NCBI GenBank assembly: GCA_964016885.1
Contig: OZ024758.1
Location: forward strand, 27,776,001-27,840,000
Direction: 5' to 3'
DNA length: 64,000 bases
Origin: Eledone cirrhosa
Lineage: Eukaryota
In this document: in pieces, positions 46,530 to 58,383 of the stretch
Numbering within the stretch: position 1 is the stretch's first letter
How the letters are laid out: each line of letters begins with the position of its first letter
Program-made: the position numbers and the translations under genes
The notes under the pieces: model-generated
What the model was told of the DNA's origin: nothing
Seen by the model: only the letters and a program-made list of their open reading frames with translations
Databases searched by the model: none

Positions 46530-46820
46530 TTATTCCTGAGAGGGTCGTGGGGGAAGAGTCCTCAAATATTCCCTCCAGCGGGGTCCTGTGAGAAACAACC
46601 GTCTCCAATTGATCCAGCTGGATCCCCAAGCAAGACCAGCCAAGCTCATGGATGTTATCCAAACATCTTGCTCAGGGTCTACCCCTGGGTCACCTGCCTG
46701 TTGGTTTCGCCCATAAAATCTGTCCAGCGATTCTTTCCTGAGACATTCTAACAACATGCCTATAGTATCGGAGCTGTGGTCTCTTAACTCGGAGAAGAAG
46801 TGACTCTCTGATCTCCGAGT
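46530..46820 (-). mobile_element. RTE (Rex3/Expander-like) 3' fragment
   Basis: SLLLRVKRPQLRYYRHVVRMSQERIAGQILWAKPTGR*PRGRP*ARCLDNIHELGWSCLGI. Confidence 0.75.
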
Positions 46821-47011
46821 TACTCCCGTTATCGAGTAACGTTACTCCAAAGACCCTTTAGGAAATGCACACATATATATATATGTAGAACATTTTGAAA
46901 ACAATACAATGTTGCTTATACTTAGTTATATATAACTGTCTTACTGTACATAAGATTGTTTTTCTCTGTATATAATATGTACAAAACTAAACTAAACAGA
47001 AACATGGTTTG

Positions 47012-47193
47012 CAGACCTGTCGACTCTCCCCGTCCGACAGGGAGATCTTCCACCCACTTCAGGGTAGTTGAGAGATGTCTTCTCTTATGAAAATAGGTAT
47101 AGCTTTCATTATGTAAAATCTCCCCATTTTGCCTCATTTCTCACTTTTTTTCATGGTACTCCCCGTTTGTGTTTTTAGAGGTTGGCAGGTCTG
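47012..47193. mobile_element. Possible old hAT-type MITE
   Basis: Imperfect TIRs CAGACCTGTCGAC / GTTGGCAGGTCTG; no clean TSD. Confidence 0.45.
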
Positions 47194-47469
47194 GCTTTGT
47201 AAAGATGTGGATTAAATATATTTTTTCTGCAACATACAGCCTTGGGATTTTGGAAGAAGTTTGTTGAAGGAGATAGAGCAACTGCACTGAATACACAGGG
47301 TAACTAACAGCTTTGTCATGTGACAGTATGTATGTGTGTAATGGCCAATGGTAACATCAGTAGCCAGTCTGTGAAAGTTTGGCATGCCCCCACCTCCTCT
47401 TCCTGTTTCTTTGTTCTGTCTCTCCAGCAAGTAGGTGTATGCCACATCATAGGTGTATGCCACATCATA

Positions 47470-47600
47470 GTCCCTGCAAACAGAGTAGAGAGAGCATTAC
47501 CCTGGATGATAGCAAGGGAGATGCATTGAAATAGCCATTCCAACTTGCAGGGTTCACTCCTGCATGTGACCTACTCCATCCTGAAAGCAACAAGCTGAGA
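47470..47600 (-). mobile_element. CRE-like RLE C-terminal remnant
   Basis: LEWLFQCISLAIIQGNALSTL. Confidence 0.55.
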
Positions 47601-47714
47601 GATGGTTCAAGGACCCAGAACTATGCACTGTTGGAGGTTACTAGAGAAGGGTTTAAAACTAGATTCAAGATAATCAAATCTGTTGAAAGTTGAAAATACT
47701 TGTTTATTGTTGGA

Positions 47715-50700
47715 GCCAGTGAGGAATAGCATAGCTCAGAGGTTACAGGCAAGGCTGTAGTATGAAGATGTTCATTGCTGTAGCCAGTGGGGAATAGCAT
47801 AGCTCAGAGGTTACAGGCAAGGCTGTAGGATGAAGATGTTCATTGCTGTAGCCAGTGAGGAATAGCATAGCTCAGAGGTTACAGGCAAGGCTGTAGGATG
47901 AAGATGTTCATTGCTGTAGCCAGTGAGGAATAGCATAGCTCAGAGGTTACAGGCAAGGCTGTAGGATGAAGATGTTCATTGCTGTAGCCAGTGAGGAATA
48001 GCATAGCTCAGAGGTTACAGGCAAGGCTGTAGGATGAAGATGTTCATTGCTGTAGCCAGTGAGGAATAGCATAGCTCAGAGGTTACAGGCAAGGCTGTAG
48101 GATGAAGATGTTCATTGCTGTAGCCAGTGAGGAATAGCATAGCTCAGAGGTTACAGGCAAGGCTGTAGGATGAAGATGTTCATTGCTGTAGCCAGTGAGG
48201 AATAGCATAGCTCAGAGGTTACAGGCAAGGCTGTAGGATGAAGATGTTCATTGCTGTAGCCAGTGGGGAATAGCATAGCTCAGAGGTTACAGGCAAGGCT
48301 GTAGGATGAAGATGTTCATTGCTGTAGCCAGTGGGGAATAGCATAGCTCAGAGGTTACAGGCAAGGCTGTAGGATGAAGATGTTCATTGCTGTAGCCAGT
48401 GGGGAATAGCATAGCTCAGAGGTTACAGGCAAGGCTGTAGGATGAAGATGTTCATTGCTGTAGCCAGTGGGGAATAGCATAGCTCAGAGGTTACAGGCAA
48501 GGCTGTAGGATGAAGATGTTCATTGCTGTAGCCAGTGGGGAATAGCATAGCTCAGAGGTTACAGGCAAGGCTGTAGGATGAAGATGTTCATTGCTGTAGC
48601 CAGTGGGGAATAGCATAGCTCAGAGGTTACAGGCAAGGCTGTAGGATGAAGATGTTCATTGCTGTAGCCAGTGAGGAATAGCATAGCTCAGAGGTTACAG
48701 GCAAGGCTGTAGGATGAAGATGTTCATTGCTGTAGCCAGTGGGGAATAGCATAGCTCAGAGGTTACAGGCAAGGCTGTAGGATGAAGATGTTCATTGCTG
48801 TAGCCAGTGGGGAATAGCATAGCTCAGAGGTTACAGGCAAGGCTGTAGGATGAAGATGTTCATTGCTGTAGCCAGTGGGGAATAGCATAGCTCAGAGGTT
48901 ACAGGCAAGGCTGTAGGATGAAGATGTTCATTGCTGTAGCCAGTGAGGAATAGCATAGCTCAGAGGTTACAGGCAAGGCTGTAGGATGAAGATGTTCATT
49001 GCTGTAGCCAGTGGGGAATAGCATAGCTCAGAGGTTACAGGCAAGGCTGTAGGATGAAGATGTTCATTGCTGTAGCCAGTGGGGAATAGCATAGCTCAGA
49101 GGTTACAGGCAAGGCTGTAGGATGAAGATGTTCATTGCTGTAGCCAGTGAGGAATAGCATAGCTCAGAGGTTACAGGCAAGGCTGTAGGATGAAGATGTT
49201 CATTGCTGTAGCCAGTGGGGAATAGCATAGCTCAGAGGTTACAGGCAAGGCTGTAGGATGAAGATGTTCATTGCTGTAGCCAGTGAGGAATAGCATAGCT
49301 CAGAGGTTACAGGCAAGGCTGTAGGATGAAGATGTTCATTGCTGTAGCCAGTGAGGAATAGCATAGCTCAGAGGTTACAGGCAAGGCTGTAGGATGAAGA
49401 TGTTCATTGCTGTAGCCAGTGGGGAATAGCATAGCTCAGAGGTTACAGGCAAGGCTGTAGGATGAAGATGTTCATTGCTGTAGCCAGTGGGGAATAGCAT
49501 AGCTTAGAGGTTACAGGCAAGGCTGTAGGATGAAGATGTTCATTGCTGTAGCCAGTGAGGAATAGCATAGCTCAGAGGTTACAGGCAAGGCTGTAGGATG
49601 AAGATGTTCATTGCTGTAGCCAGTGGGGAATAGCATAGCTTAGAGGTTACAGGCAAGGCTGTAGGATGAAGATGTTCATTGCTGTAGCCAGTGGGGAATA
49701 GCATAGCTTAGAGGTTACAGGCAAGGCTGTAGGATGAAGATGTTCATTGCTGTAGCCAGTGGGGAATAGCATAGCTTAGAGGTTACAGGCAAGGCTGTAG
49801 GATGAAGATGTTCATTGCTGTAGCCAGTGAGGAATAGCATAGCTCAGAGGTTACAGGCAAGGCTGTAGGATGAAGATGTTCATTGCTGTAGCCAGTGGGG
49901 AATAGCATAGCTCAGAGGTTACAGGCAAGGCTGTAGGATGAAGATGTTCATTGCTGTAGCCAGTGGGGAATAGCATAGCTCAGAGGTTACAGGCAAGGCT
50001 GTAGGATGAAGATGTTCATTGCTGTAGCCAGTGAGGAATAGCATAGCTCAGAGGTTACAGGCAAGGCTGTAGGATGAAGATGTTCATTGCTGTAGCCAGT
50101 GGGGAATAGCATAGCTCAGAGGTTACAGGCAAGGCTGTAGGATGAAGATGTTCATTGCTGTAGCCAGTGGGGAATAGCATAGCTCAGAGGTTACAGGCAA
50201 GGCTGTAGGATGAAGATGTTCATTGCTGTAGCCAGTGAGGAATAGCATAGCTCAGAGGTTACAGGCAAGGCTGTAGGATGAAGATGTTCATTGCTGTAGC
50301 CAGTGGGGAATAGCATAGCTCAGAGCTTACAGGCAAGGCTGTAGGATGAAGATGTTCATTGCTGTAGCCAGTGGGGAATAGCATAGCTCAGAGGTTACAG
50401 GCAAGGCTGTAGGATGAAGATGTTCATTGCTGTAGCCAGTGGGGAATAGCATAGCTCAGAGGTTACAGGCAAGGCTGTAGGATGAAGATGTTCATTGCTG
50501 TAGCCAGTGAGGAATAGCATAGCTCAGAGGTTACAGGCAAGGCTGTAGGATGAAGATGTTCATTGCTGTAGCCAGTGGGGAATAGCATAGCTCAGAGGTT
50601 ACAGGCAAGGCTGTAGGATGAAGATGTTCATTGCTGTAGCCAGTGGGGAATAGCATAGCTCAGAGGTTACAGGCAAGGCTGTAGGATGAAGATGTTCATT

Positions 50701-51540
50701 GCTGTAGCCAGTGGGGAATAGCATAGCTCAGAGGTTACAGGCAAGGCTGTAGGATGAAGATGTTCATTGCTGTAGCCAGTGGGGAATAGCATAGCTCAGA
50801 GGTTACAGGCAAGGCTGTAGGATGAAGATGTTCATTGCTGTAGCCAGTGGGGAATAGCATAGCTCAGAGGTTACAGGCAAGGCTGTAGGATGAAGATGTT
50901 CATTGCTGTAGCCAGTGGGGAATAGCATAGCTCAGAGGTTACAGGCAAGGCTGTAGGATGAAGATGTTCATTGCTGTAGCCAGTGGGGAATAGCATAGCT
51001 CAGAGGTTACAGGCAAGGCTGTAGGATGAAGATGTTCATTGCTGTAGCCAGTGAGGAATAGCATAGCTCAGAGGTTACAGGCAAGGCTGTAGGATGAAGA
51101 TGTTCATTGCTGTAGCCAGTGGGGAATAGCATAGCTCAGAGGTTACAGGCAAGGCTGTAGGATGAAGATGTTCATTGCTGTAGCCAGTGGGGAATAGCAT
51201 AGCTCAGAGGTTACAGGCAAGGCTGTAGGATGAAGATGTTCATTGCTGTAGCCAGTGAGGAATAGCATAGCTCAGAGGTTACAGGCAAGGCTGTAGGATG
51301 AAGATGTTCATTGCTGTAGCCAGTGAGGAATAGCATAGCTCAGAGGTTACAGGCAAGGCTGTAGGATGAAGATGTTCATTGCTGTAGCCAGTGAGGAATA
51401 GCATAGCTCAGAGGTTACAGGCAAGGCTGTAGGATGAAGATGTTCATTGGTGTAGCCAGTGGGGAATAGCATAGCTCAGAGGTTACAGGCAAGGCTGTAG
51501 GATGAAGATGTTCATTGCTGTAGCCAGTGGGGAATAGCAT
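47715..51540. repeat. 68-bp satellite, ~56 near-identical copies
   Basis: Unit GCCAGTG(A/G)GGAATAGCATAGCTCAGAGGTTACAGGCAAGGCTGTAGGATGAAGATGTTCATTGCTGTA. Confidence 0.97.
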
Positions 51541-51544
51541 TGCA

Positions 51545-51715
51545 GGCTGGAAGGGACCCTGCAACAGGTGGCTGGATATCATCAGAGAAGATCTCCGGAG
51601 GCTCAACATCACCTTCGAAGATGCAGAGGAGCTGGCACAGGACCACCAATGATGGAGGGCACTGGTGGACCCGGTTAGCTCTACACACAACGATGCCTTA
51701 GGATCGTTGACTTAG
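51545..51715 (+). mobile_element. RTE/RTE-X LINE 3' fragment
   Basis: NRWLDIIREDLRRLNITFEDAEELAQDHQ*WRALVD. Confidence 0.7.
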
Positions 51716-51919
51716 GATGACCCTGGGGTTGTTGAGCAAGACCAAGAAGAAGAGGTTACAATGAAAACTGTAGGGGGAAGAAGTACATTCACAACCATGT
51801 GGTTCCAAGTTCGATTCTATTGTAGAGTATCTTTGGCAAGTAATTTCTACCATACTCTTGGATTGACTATGGCCTCGTCAATGAAATTGGGTAGACAGAC
51901 ACTGTGTGGAAAGCTATGC

Positions 51920-54600
51920 TCTTCCTATCACCAACCACATTACAGAGTGTACTGGGTGCATTTATCATGTAAATCATCAACATTAGGGAGTTTGTCATGT
52001 CTTTGACACAGCTGAAGAGCCCCACTTCCCAACATTTATTTAGTGGGTTTTTTACATCTAGAAGTCCTTCCTATCACCAACCACATTACAGAGTGTACTG
52101 GGTGCATTTATCATGTAAATCATCAACATTAGGGAGTTTGTCATGTCTTTGACACAGCTGAAGAGCCCCACTTCCCAACATTTATTTAGTGGGTTTTCTA
52201 CATCTAGAAGTCCTTCCTAACACCAACCACATTACAGAGTGTACTGGGTGCATTTATCATGTAAATCATCAACATTAGGGAGTTTGTCATGTCTTTGACA
52301 CAGCTGAAGCGCCCCACTTCCCAACATTTTATTTAGTGGGTTTTCTACATCTAGATGTCCTTCCTAACACCAACCACATTACAGAGTGTACTGGGTGCAT
52401 TTATCATGTAAATCATCAACATTAGGGAGTTTGTCATGTCTTTGACACAGCTGAAGAGCCCCACTTCCCAACATTTATTTAGTGGGTTTTCTACATCTAG
52501 ATGTCCTTCCTAACACCAACCACATTACAGAGTGTACTGGGTGCATTTATCATGTAAATCATCAACATGAGGGAGTTTGTCATGTCTTTGACACAGCTGA
52601 AGAGCCCCACTTCCCAACATTTTATTTAGTGGGTTTTCTACATCTAGATGTCCTTCCTAACACCAACCACATTACAGAGTGTACTGGGTGCATTTATCAT
52701 GTAAATCATCAACATTAGGGAGTTTGTCATGTCTTTGACACAGCTGAAGAGCCCCACTTCCCAACATTTTATTTAGTGGGTTTTCTACATCTAGATCCTT
52801 CCTAACACCAACCACATTACAGAGTGTACTGGGTGCATTTATCATGTAAATCATCAACATGAGGGAGTTTGTCATGTCTTTGACACAGCTGAAGAGCCCC
52901 ACTTCCCAACATTTTATTTAGTGGGTTTTCTACATCTAGATCCTTCCTAACACCAACCACATTACAGAGTGTACTGGGTGCATTTATCATGTAAATCATC
53001 AACATGAGGGAGTTTGTCGTGTCTTTGACACAGCTGAAGAGCCCCACTTCCCAACATTTATTTAGTGGGTTTTCTACATCTAGATGTCCTTCCTAACACC
53101 AACCACATTACAGAGTGTACTGGGTGCATTTATCATGTAAATCATCAACATTAGGGAGTTTGTCATGTCTTTGACACAGCTGAAGAGCCCCACTTCCCAA
53201 CATTTTATTTAGTGGGTTTTCTACATCTAGAAGTCCTTCCTAACACCAACCACATTACAGAGTGTACTGGGTGCATTTATCATGTAAATCATCAACATTA
53301 GGGAGTTTGTCATGTCTTTGACACAGCTGAAGAGCCCCACTTCCCAACATTTTATTTAGTGGGTTTTCTACATCTAGAAGTCCTTCCTAACACCAACCAC
53401 ATTACAGAGTGTACTGGGTGCATTTATCATGTAAATCATCAACATGAGGGAGTTTGTCATGTCTTTGACACAGCTGAAGAGCCCCACTTCCCAACATTTA
53501 TTTAGTGGGTTTTCTACATCTAGAAGTCCTTCCTAACACCAACCACATTACAGAGTGTACTGGGTGCATTTATCATGTAAATCATCAACATGAGGGAGTT
53601 TGTCATGTCTTTGACACAGCTGAAGAGCCCCACTTCCCAACATTTTATTTAGTGGGTTTTCTACATCTAGATCCTTCCTAACACCAACCACATTACAGAG
53701 TGTACTGGGTGCATTTATCATGTAAATCATCAACATTAGGGAGTTTGTCATGTCTTTGACACAGCTGAAGAGCCCCACTTCCCAACATTTTATTTAGTGG
53801 GTTTTCTACATCTAGATCCTTCCTAACACCAACCACATTACAGAGTGTACTGGGTGCATTTATCATGTAAATCATCAACATGAGGGAGTTTGTCATGTCT
53901 TTGACACAGCTGAAGAGCCCCACTTCCCAACATTTATTTAGTGGGTTTTCTACATCTAGAAGTCCTTCCTAACACCAACCACATTACAGAGTGTACTGGG
54001 TGCATTTATCATGTAAATCATCAACATGAGGGAGTTTGTCATGTCTTTGACACAGCTGAAGAGCCCCACTTCCCAACATTTTATTTAGTGGGTTTTCTAC
54101 ATCTAGATCCTTCCTAACACCAACCACATTACAGAGTGTACTGGGTGCATTTATCATGTAAATCATCAACATTAGGGAGTTTGTCATGTCTTTGACACAG
54201 CTGAAGAGCCCCACTTCCCAACATTTTATTTAGTGGGTTTTCTACATCTAGAAGTCCTTCCTAACACCAACCACATTACAGAGTGTACTGGGTGCATTTA
54301 TCATGTAAATCATCAACATGAGGGAGTTTGTCATGTCTTTGACACAGCTGAAGAGCCCCACTTCCCAACATTTTATTTAGTGGGTTTTCTACATCTAGAA
54401 GTCCTTCCTAACACCAACCACATTACAGAGTGTACTGGGTGCATTTATCATGTAAATCATCAACATGAGGGAGTTTGTCATGTCTTTGACACAGCTGAAG
54501 AGCCCCACTTCCCAACATTTATTTAGTGGGTTTTCTACATCTAGATCCTTCCTAACACCAACCACATTACAGAGTGTACTGGGTGCATTTATTATGTACA
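51920..54600. repeat. ~146-bp satellite, ~18 copies, containing the antisense SINE Meta-like module
   Basis: Each unit contains CCTTCCTAACACCAACCACATTACAGAGTGTACTGGGTGCATTT, the reverse complement of the SINE segment AAATGCACCCAG...GGTTGGTGTTAGGAAGG. Confidence 0.95.
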
Positions 54601-55299
54601 TCACCAACACCAGAGAAGTTGTGCTCTTGACATATTTGGAGTGTCCCCTTGACACTTTTTGCATAGCTTCTACTGCAGGATGATCTTTCTATTGCTCACC
54701 GCCTTACAGGGTGTGCTGGGTACATTTCTTGTGGCACTAACGCTAGGGAGGTTTCAATCCTTTATTCAACTGAAGAGCCCTCCCTAATTTATAGGGTGGA
54801 AGGTAGGATGAGAAAGTGATAAATATGTCATGGGTGTATGATAAGTGTTGTGAAGTGGTGGGATTTAGAAGGGTGCTGAGTAAGAAGATGCTGTGATAAG
54901 AATTACTGAGATGGGTGTGGTAGGTGTGTCATAAGGGTGTGTAAGATAAAACTAGTGTGTTAGGGTTTTAGGGAGTGGGGTGGGGGTTTATCCTGAGTAG
55001 AGTTACTAATCAGGATACAGTGTGGGTATTTTGATTTAAGGAGTGGTTGTGAGTGAGCAGGTGATGAAACTGGATTATGTGTGGATGTTAGGATTTGACA
55101 GGTGGTGGGGGTTTTACTGGGTGAAGAGAGGGTAGGGGAGTACAATGATGATTAGAATGGTTACTAAGGAATGATAGGGGAGGAGTGGAGAATAGCTACT
55201 AAGGAGGGTTAGTGAGAGAGGGTATATGAGTGAGTCAGGTTACGTTTTATGTACAGCATGTCTTCATTCCTTGAGATCTTTTGTTATTTCTGGTGTGAA

Positions 55300-55460
55300 A
55301 TTCAGCTTTTGAAAGTCAGTTTTCACTACCTCATCCCATGTCATGTCTTCCTTAGTCTGCCTCTTCTCCAAGTCCTATCCATTGAGATTTCTCTACACTT
55401 CTTAATACAGCTCTCATCTTCCATATGTATCACACGTCCATACCAACACAGTCTTCACAC
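55300..55460 (-). mobile_element. Degraded RTE 3' fragment
   Basis: Minus strand RLCWYGRVIHMEDESCIKKCR...RGRLRKT*. Confidence 0.6.
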
Positions 55461-55589
55461 TACATCCAATTCCTCTAATGCCAAGATTGTCTCTCAGCTT
55501 GCACTATTTGATTAATTATTCATCTAACTGCCATGCCAGACGTTTTCATCATCTCAGCAAATATGCCTGTTGGTCAAGCTGCCTTCCCT

Positions 55590-55806
55590 ACTTTAGCATT
55601 TAAACCGACCATATCCGGCTGGAATTCTCTCACCTCTTTCCGTTCAAACCAGCTGTAACCAGCCACTCATACCGATGTTAAGGTATTGTTCTCAAAATAA
55701 ATATCAAAATCTCATAGATTCAATATTATGTAAGATAATTATGTGAGTTAAAGCCTTTACTGTGAAAATATAATAGTATATATAGAGTAATGTAAATGGT
55801 AAGGGG
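55590..55806. mobile_element. piggyBac-type MITE copy
   Basis: Homologous to 9149-9359; ends AAGGGG-TTAA. Confidence 0.8.
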
Positions 55807-56176
55807 TTAATTGCTTTATCTATCAAACTGCTGTTGACTTTTATGGCTGGTCCCTCAGTTGAGTCTACAGGGAGTAGGTCTTCAAGCTTCTATTTATTCT
55901 CTTCACTCATTAGTCTCTTGTAACAGGACATCCATGGCACTTTCTTTTCAGCATCACTGCTTCACTATCATTTCAGAAAACACTTTTCTCTAACTACATC
56001 ATGGCTTTCTCTGGTCCATGTTCTTCTAATCTGGAACACTTCATGGTTCTCATCCGTATATGGTAAAACATGTGCAAACTTCTTCTTTTCCTTTAATATA
56101 CCCTCTCTGTATCCTACCATACATCAAGTACTACTCAGATTTGTGGTCTTCCCATTCTTCATATCACAGACACACA

Positions 56177-56263
<87 letters not shown>

Positions 56264-56599
56264 TATACATATACATATATATATATATATACACACCCCA
56301 TGAGCACAAGCTAAAGCATATGTACAGTATGCCCCGCTCTAAACACCCCCAACCCTCTACCCCCAGCCCACATTATAAATGTGGTTGGCGTTAGGAAGGG
56401 CATCCAGCCGTAGAAAACCTGCCAGAAACACCCTTATTTGAGCGAGATATGGTCACCCAACACAACTTGTCTTAAAATAGGACACATGTTAGCGTGGAAG
56501 ATGGATATCTAACCCATGCTAAGCTGGAAGATGGACAGACATTAATCGATGATGATGATGATGATGATGATGAGATACATATATACATACAGACACAGG

Positions 56600-57121
56600 G
56601 GGAAACTGGGATACTCCTGTACTAAGAATATGAAGGCCCACATCACCAACAACCCTAAGAGCAGAACCCCACCTGGATGTTCTTGCCGAAGGCCTGAAGC
56701 TTGTCCCCTTCAAAAACAATGTAACACACCCGCTGTAATTTACGAAGCTGTAGTCATTTCTGACTAAATCAACAACAAGAGGTCAAATCCTATGTAGGTA
56801 TGGCAGAGGGTCGTTTAAAGAACGCTTCCTGAATCATCTGTTGACTTTCAGATGCCCGGACAAATGATCGTCCACGAAGCTCATGAGCCACGTATGGTCC
56901 CTTAAGAACAAGGCATGGATTACTCTATTCAATGGAAAATTATTACTAAGTATAAGCCATACAGAAATGTGAATCATCTTGTGGGGCAGTGCATTGAAAA
57001 AAAAATCTATATCCTGAGAAGGTTGCATAATAGCGCTTGTCTAAATCCAAGGAATGAACTTTTTTCACATTGTTCACACATCTGGAAACACCTATTACAT
57101 AATTACAAAGCCCCAGACTGA
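56600..57121 (+). mobile_element. Penelope-like element, degraded GIY-YIG endonuclease region
   Basis: YSCTKNM...CSCRRPEACPLQKQCNTPAVIYEAVV, SYVGMAEG, YSIQWKII, CIEKKIYI, LNPRNELFSHCSH; contains stops and frameshifts. Confidence 0.85.
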
Positions 57122-57344
57122 CTAACATGAACAATCTATAATATTCTCCCTTCTTTTGCCGAAAAGAAGTACATAGTCACTACTAGAGTGTGGTCTTCTA
57201 AATGTTTTTAATTAAACATACGGTATATTGCCAAATACACTATACATACATTCATGTATACATCACTATTTCAGAGCACCAATCCTAATATATGTACGTT
57301 CATGTATACATCGCTCTTTCAGAACACCAATCTTAATATATATA

Positions 57345-57708
57345 TGCACAAAGCGAAACCTACAGTTGGTAGGCACCTCTTAACCAAATATACACCCCAA
57401 TCCACTACCCCTACCCTATCCTCCCACTCCCACCAACAGCACGAGAAAATGAGATCGAGATCGTGTAGGTGTCACGACAAAAAACACACAGTCCACGCTG
57501 TAATGTGGCCGTGTAGGTAACACGGTAAAAAGTTCCCAGTTCCACACTGTAAATATGGTTGGTGTTAGGAGGGGCACCCAGCCGTAGAAAACCTGCCAGA
57601 TAGTCCTATATGAGCGAGACACGGTCACCCGATCAGCCTTGCCTCAAGTGGGACAACTCCCGTCTAACCCATGCTAGCATGGAAAATGGACGTTAAACGA
57701 AGATGATA
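57345..57708 (+). mobile_element. RTE family 2 3'UTR-only copy (Meta-like module + tail)
   Basis: Homologous to 33170-33552. Confidence 0.75.
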
Positions 57709-57895
57709 TATATATATACATATATATACATATATGGGATAACAAATTATCATTATAGGTAATCCAGTTAGAGGTTGTGAGTACTCTGTACTATGGATAG
57801 TTTTCACGTACGGAGTTGTTTGACTCAACAAGAGGTTTCCTTAGTTAGGTGACGAGTTATTGGGAATTCCTATGCAGGTTAATCTTGGAGTAATA

Positions 57896-58017
57896 ATAGT
57901 GAAAGAGTGAAGAATAACATGGTCAACAGTACAAAAAGGGTTCTATTTACAGTATTAATACTGTAAATAAATCCCTTTTTGTACTGTTGACCATGTTATT
58001 CTTCACTCTTTCACTAT
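57896..58017. repeat. Spacerless palindrome, 61-bp arms, 2 mismatches
   Basis: ATAGTGAAAGAGTGAAG...CAGTATT|AATACTG...CTTCACTCTTTCACTAT. Confidence 0.92.
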
Positions 58018-58361
58018 ATCATCATCATCATCATCATCATTTTACGTCCGCTTTTCCCTGCTTGCAAGGGTGGGACAGGAACTGATTCTGGCTTGATTTC
58101 TACAGCTGGATGCCCTTCCTAACACCAACCTCATTTACAGTGAGTGTTGGGTGCTTTTTTTCCGTGGCACCTCCACGACCACTTTACAGTGTGGGCTGGG
58201 TGCTTTTTTTGCTGTGGCATCTCCACGACCACTTTGCAGTGGAATGATAGGGACTCCAGTCCCTATCATCTCATTTCTACAGCTGAGTAAACTGGAGCAA
58301 TGTGAAATAAAGTGTCTTGCTCAAGGAAACAACACATCACCCGGTATGAGAATTGAACTCA
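58018..58361 (-). mobile_element. 5'-truncated SINE family A with internal duplication
   Basis: Reverse-complement homology to 29936-30282. Confidence 0.85.
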
Positions 58362-58383
58362 TACATATATATATATATATATA

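Noticed and set aside
52482-54683. Repeated 72-97 aa ORFs
   Set aside because: By-products of the 146-bp satellite, with frame-shifting unit variants.
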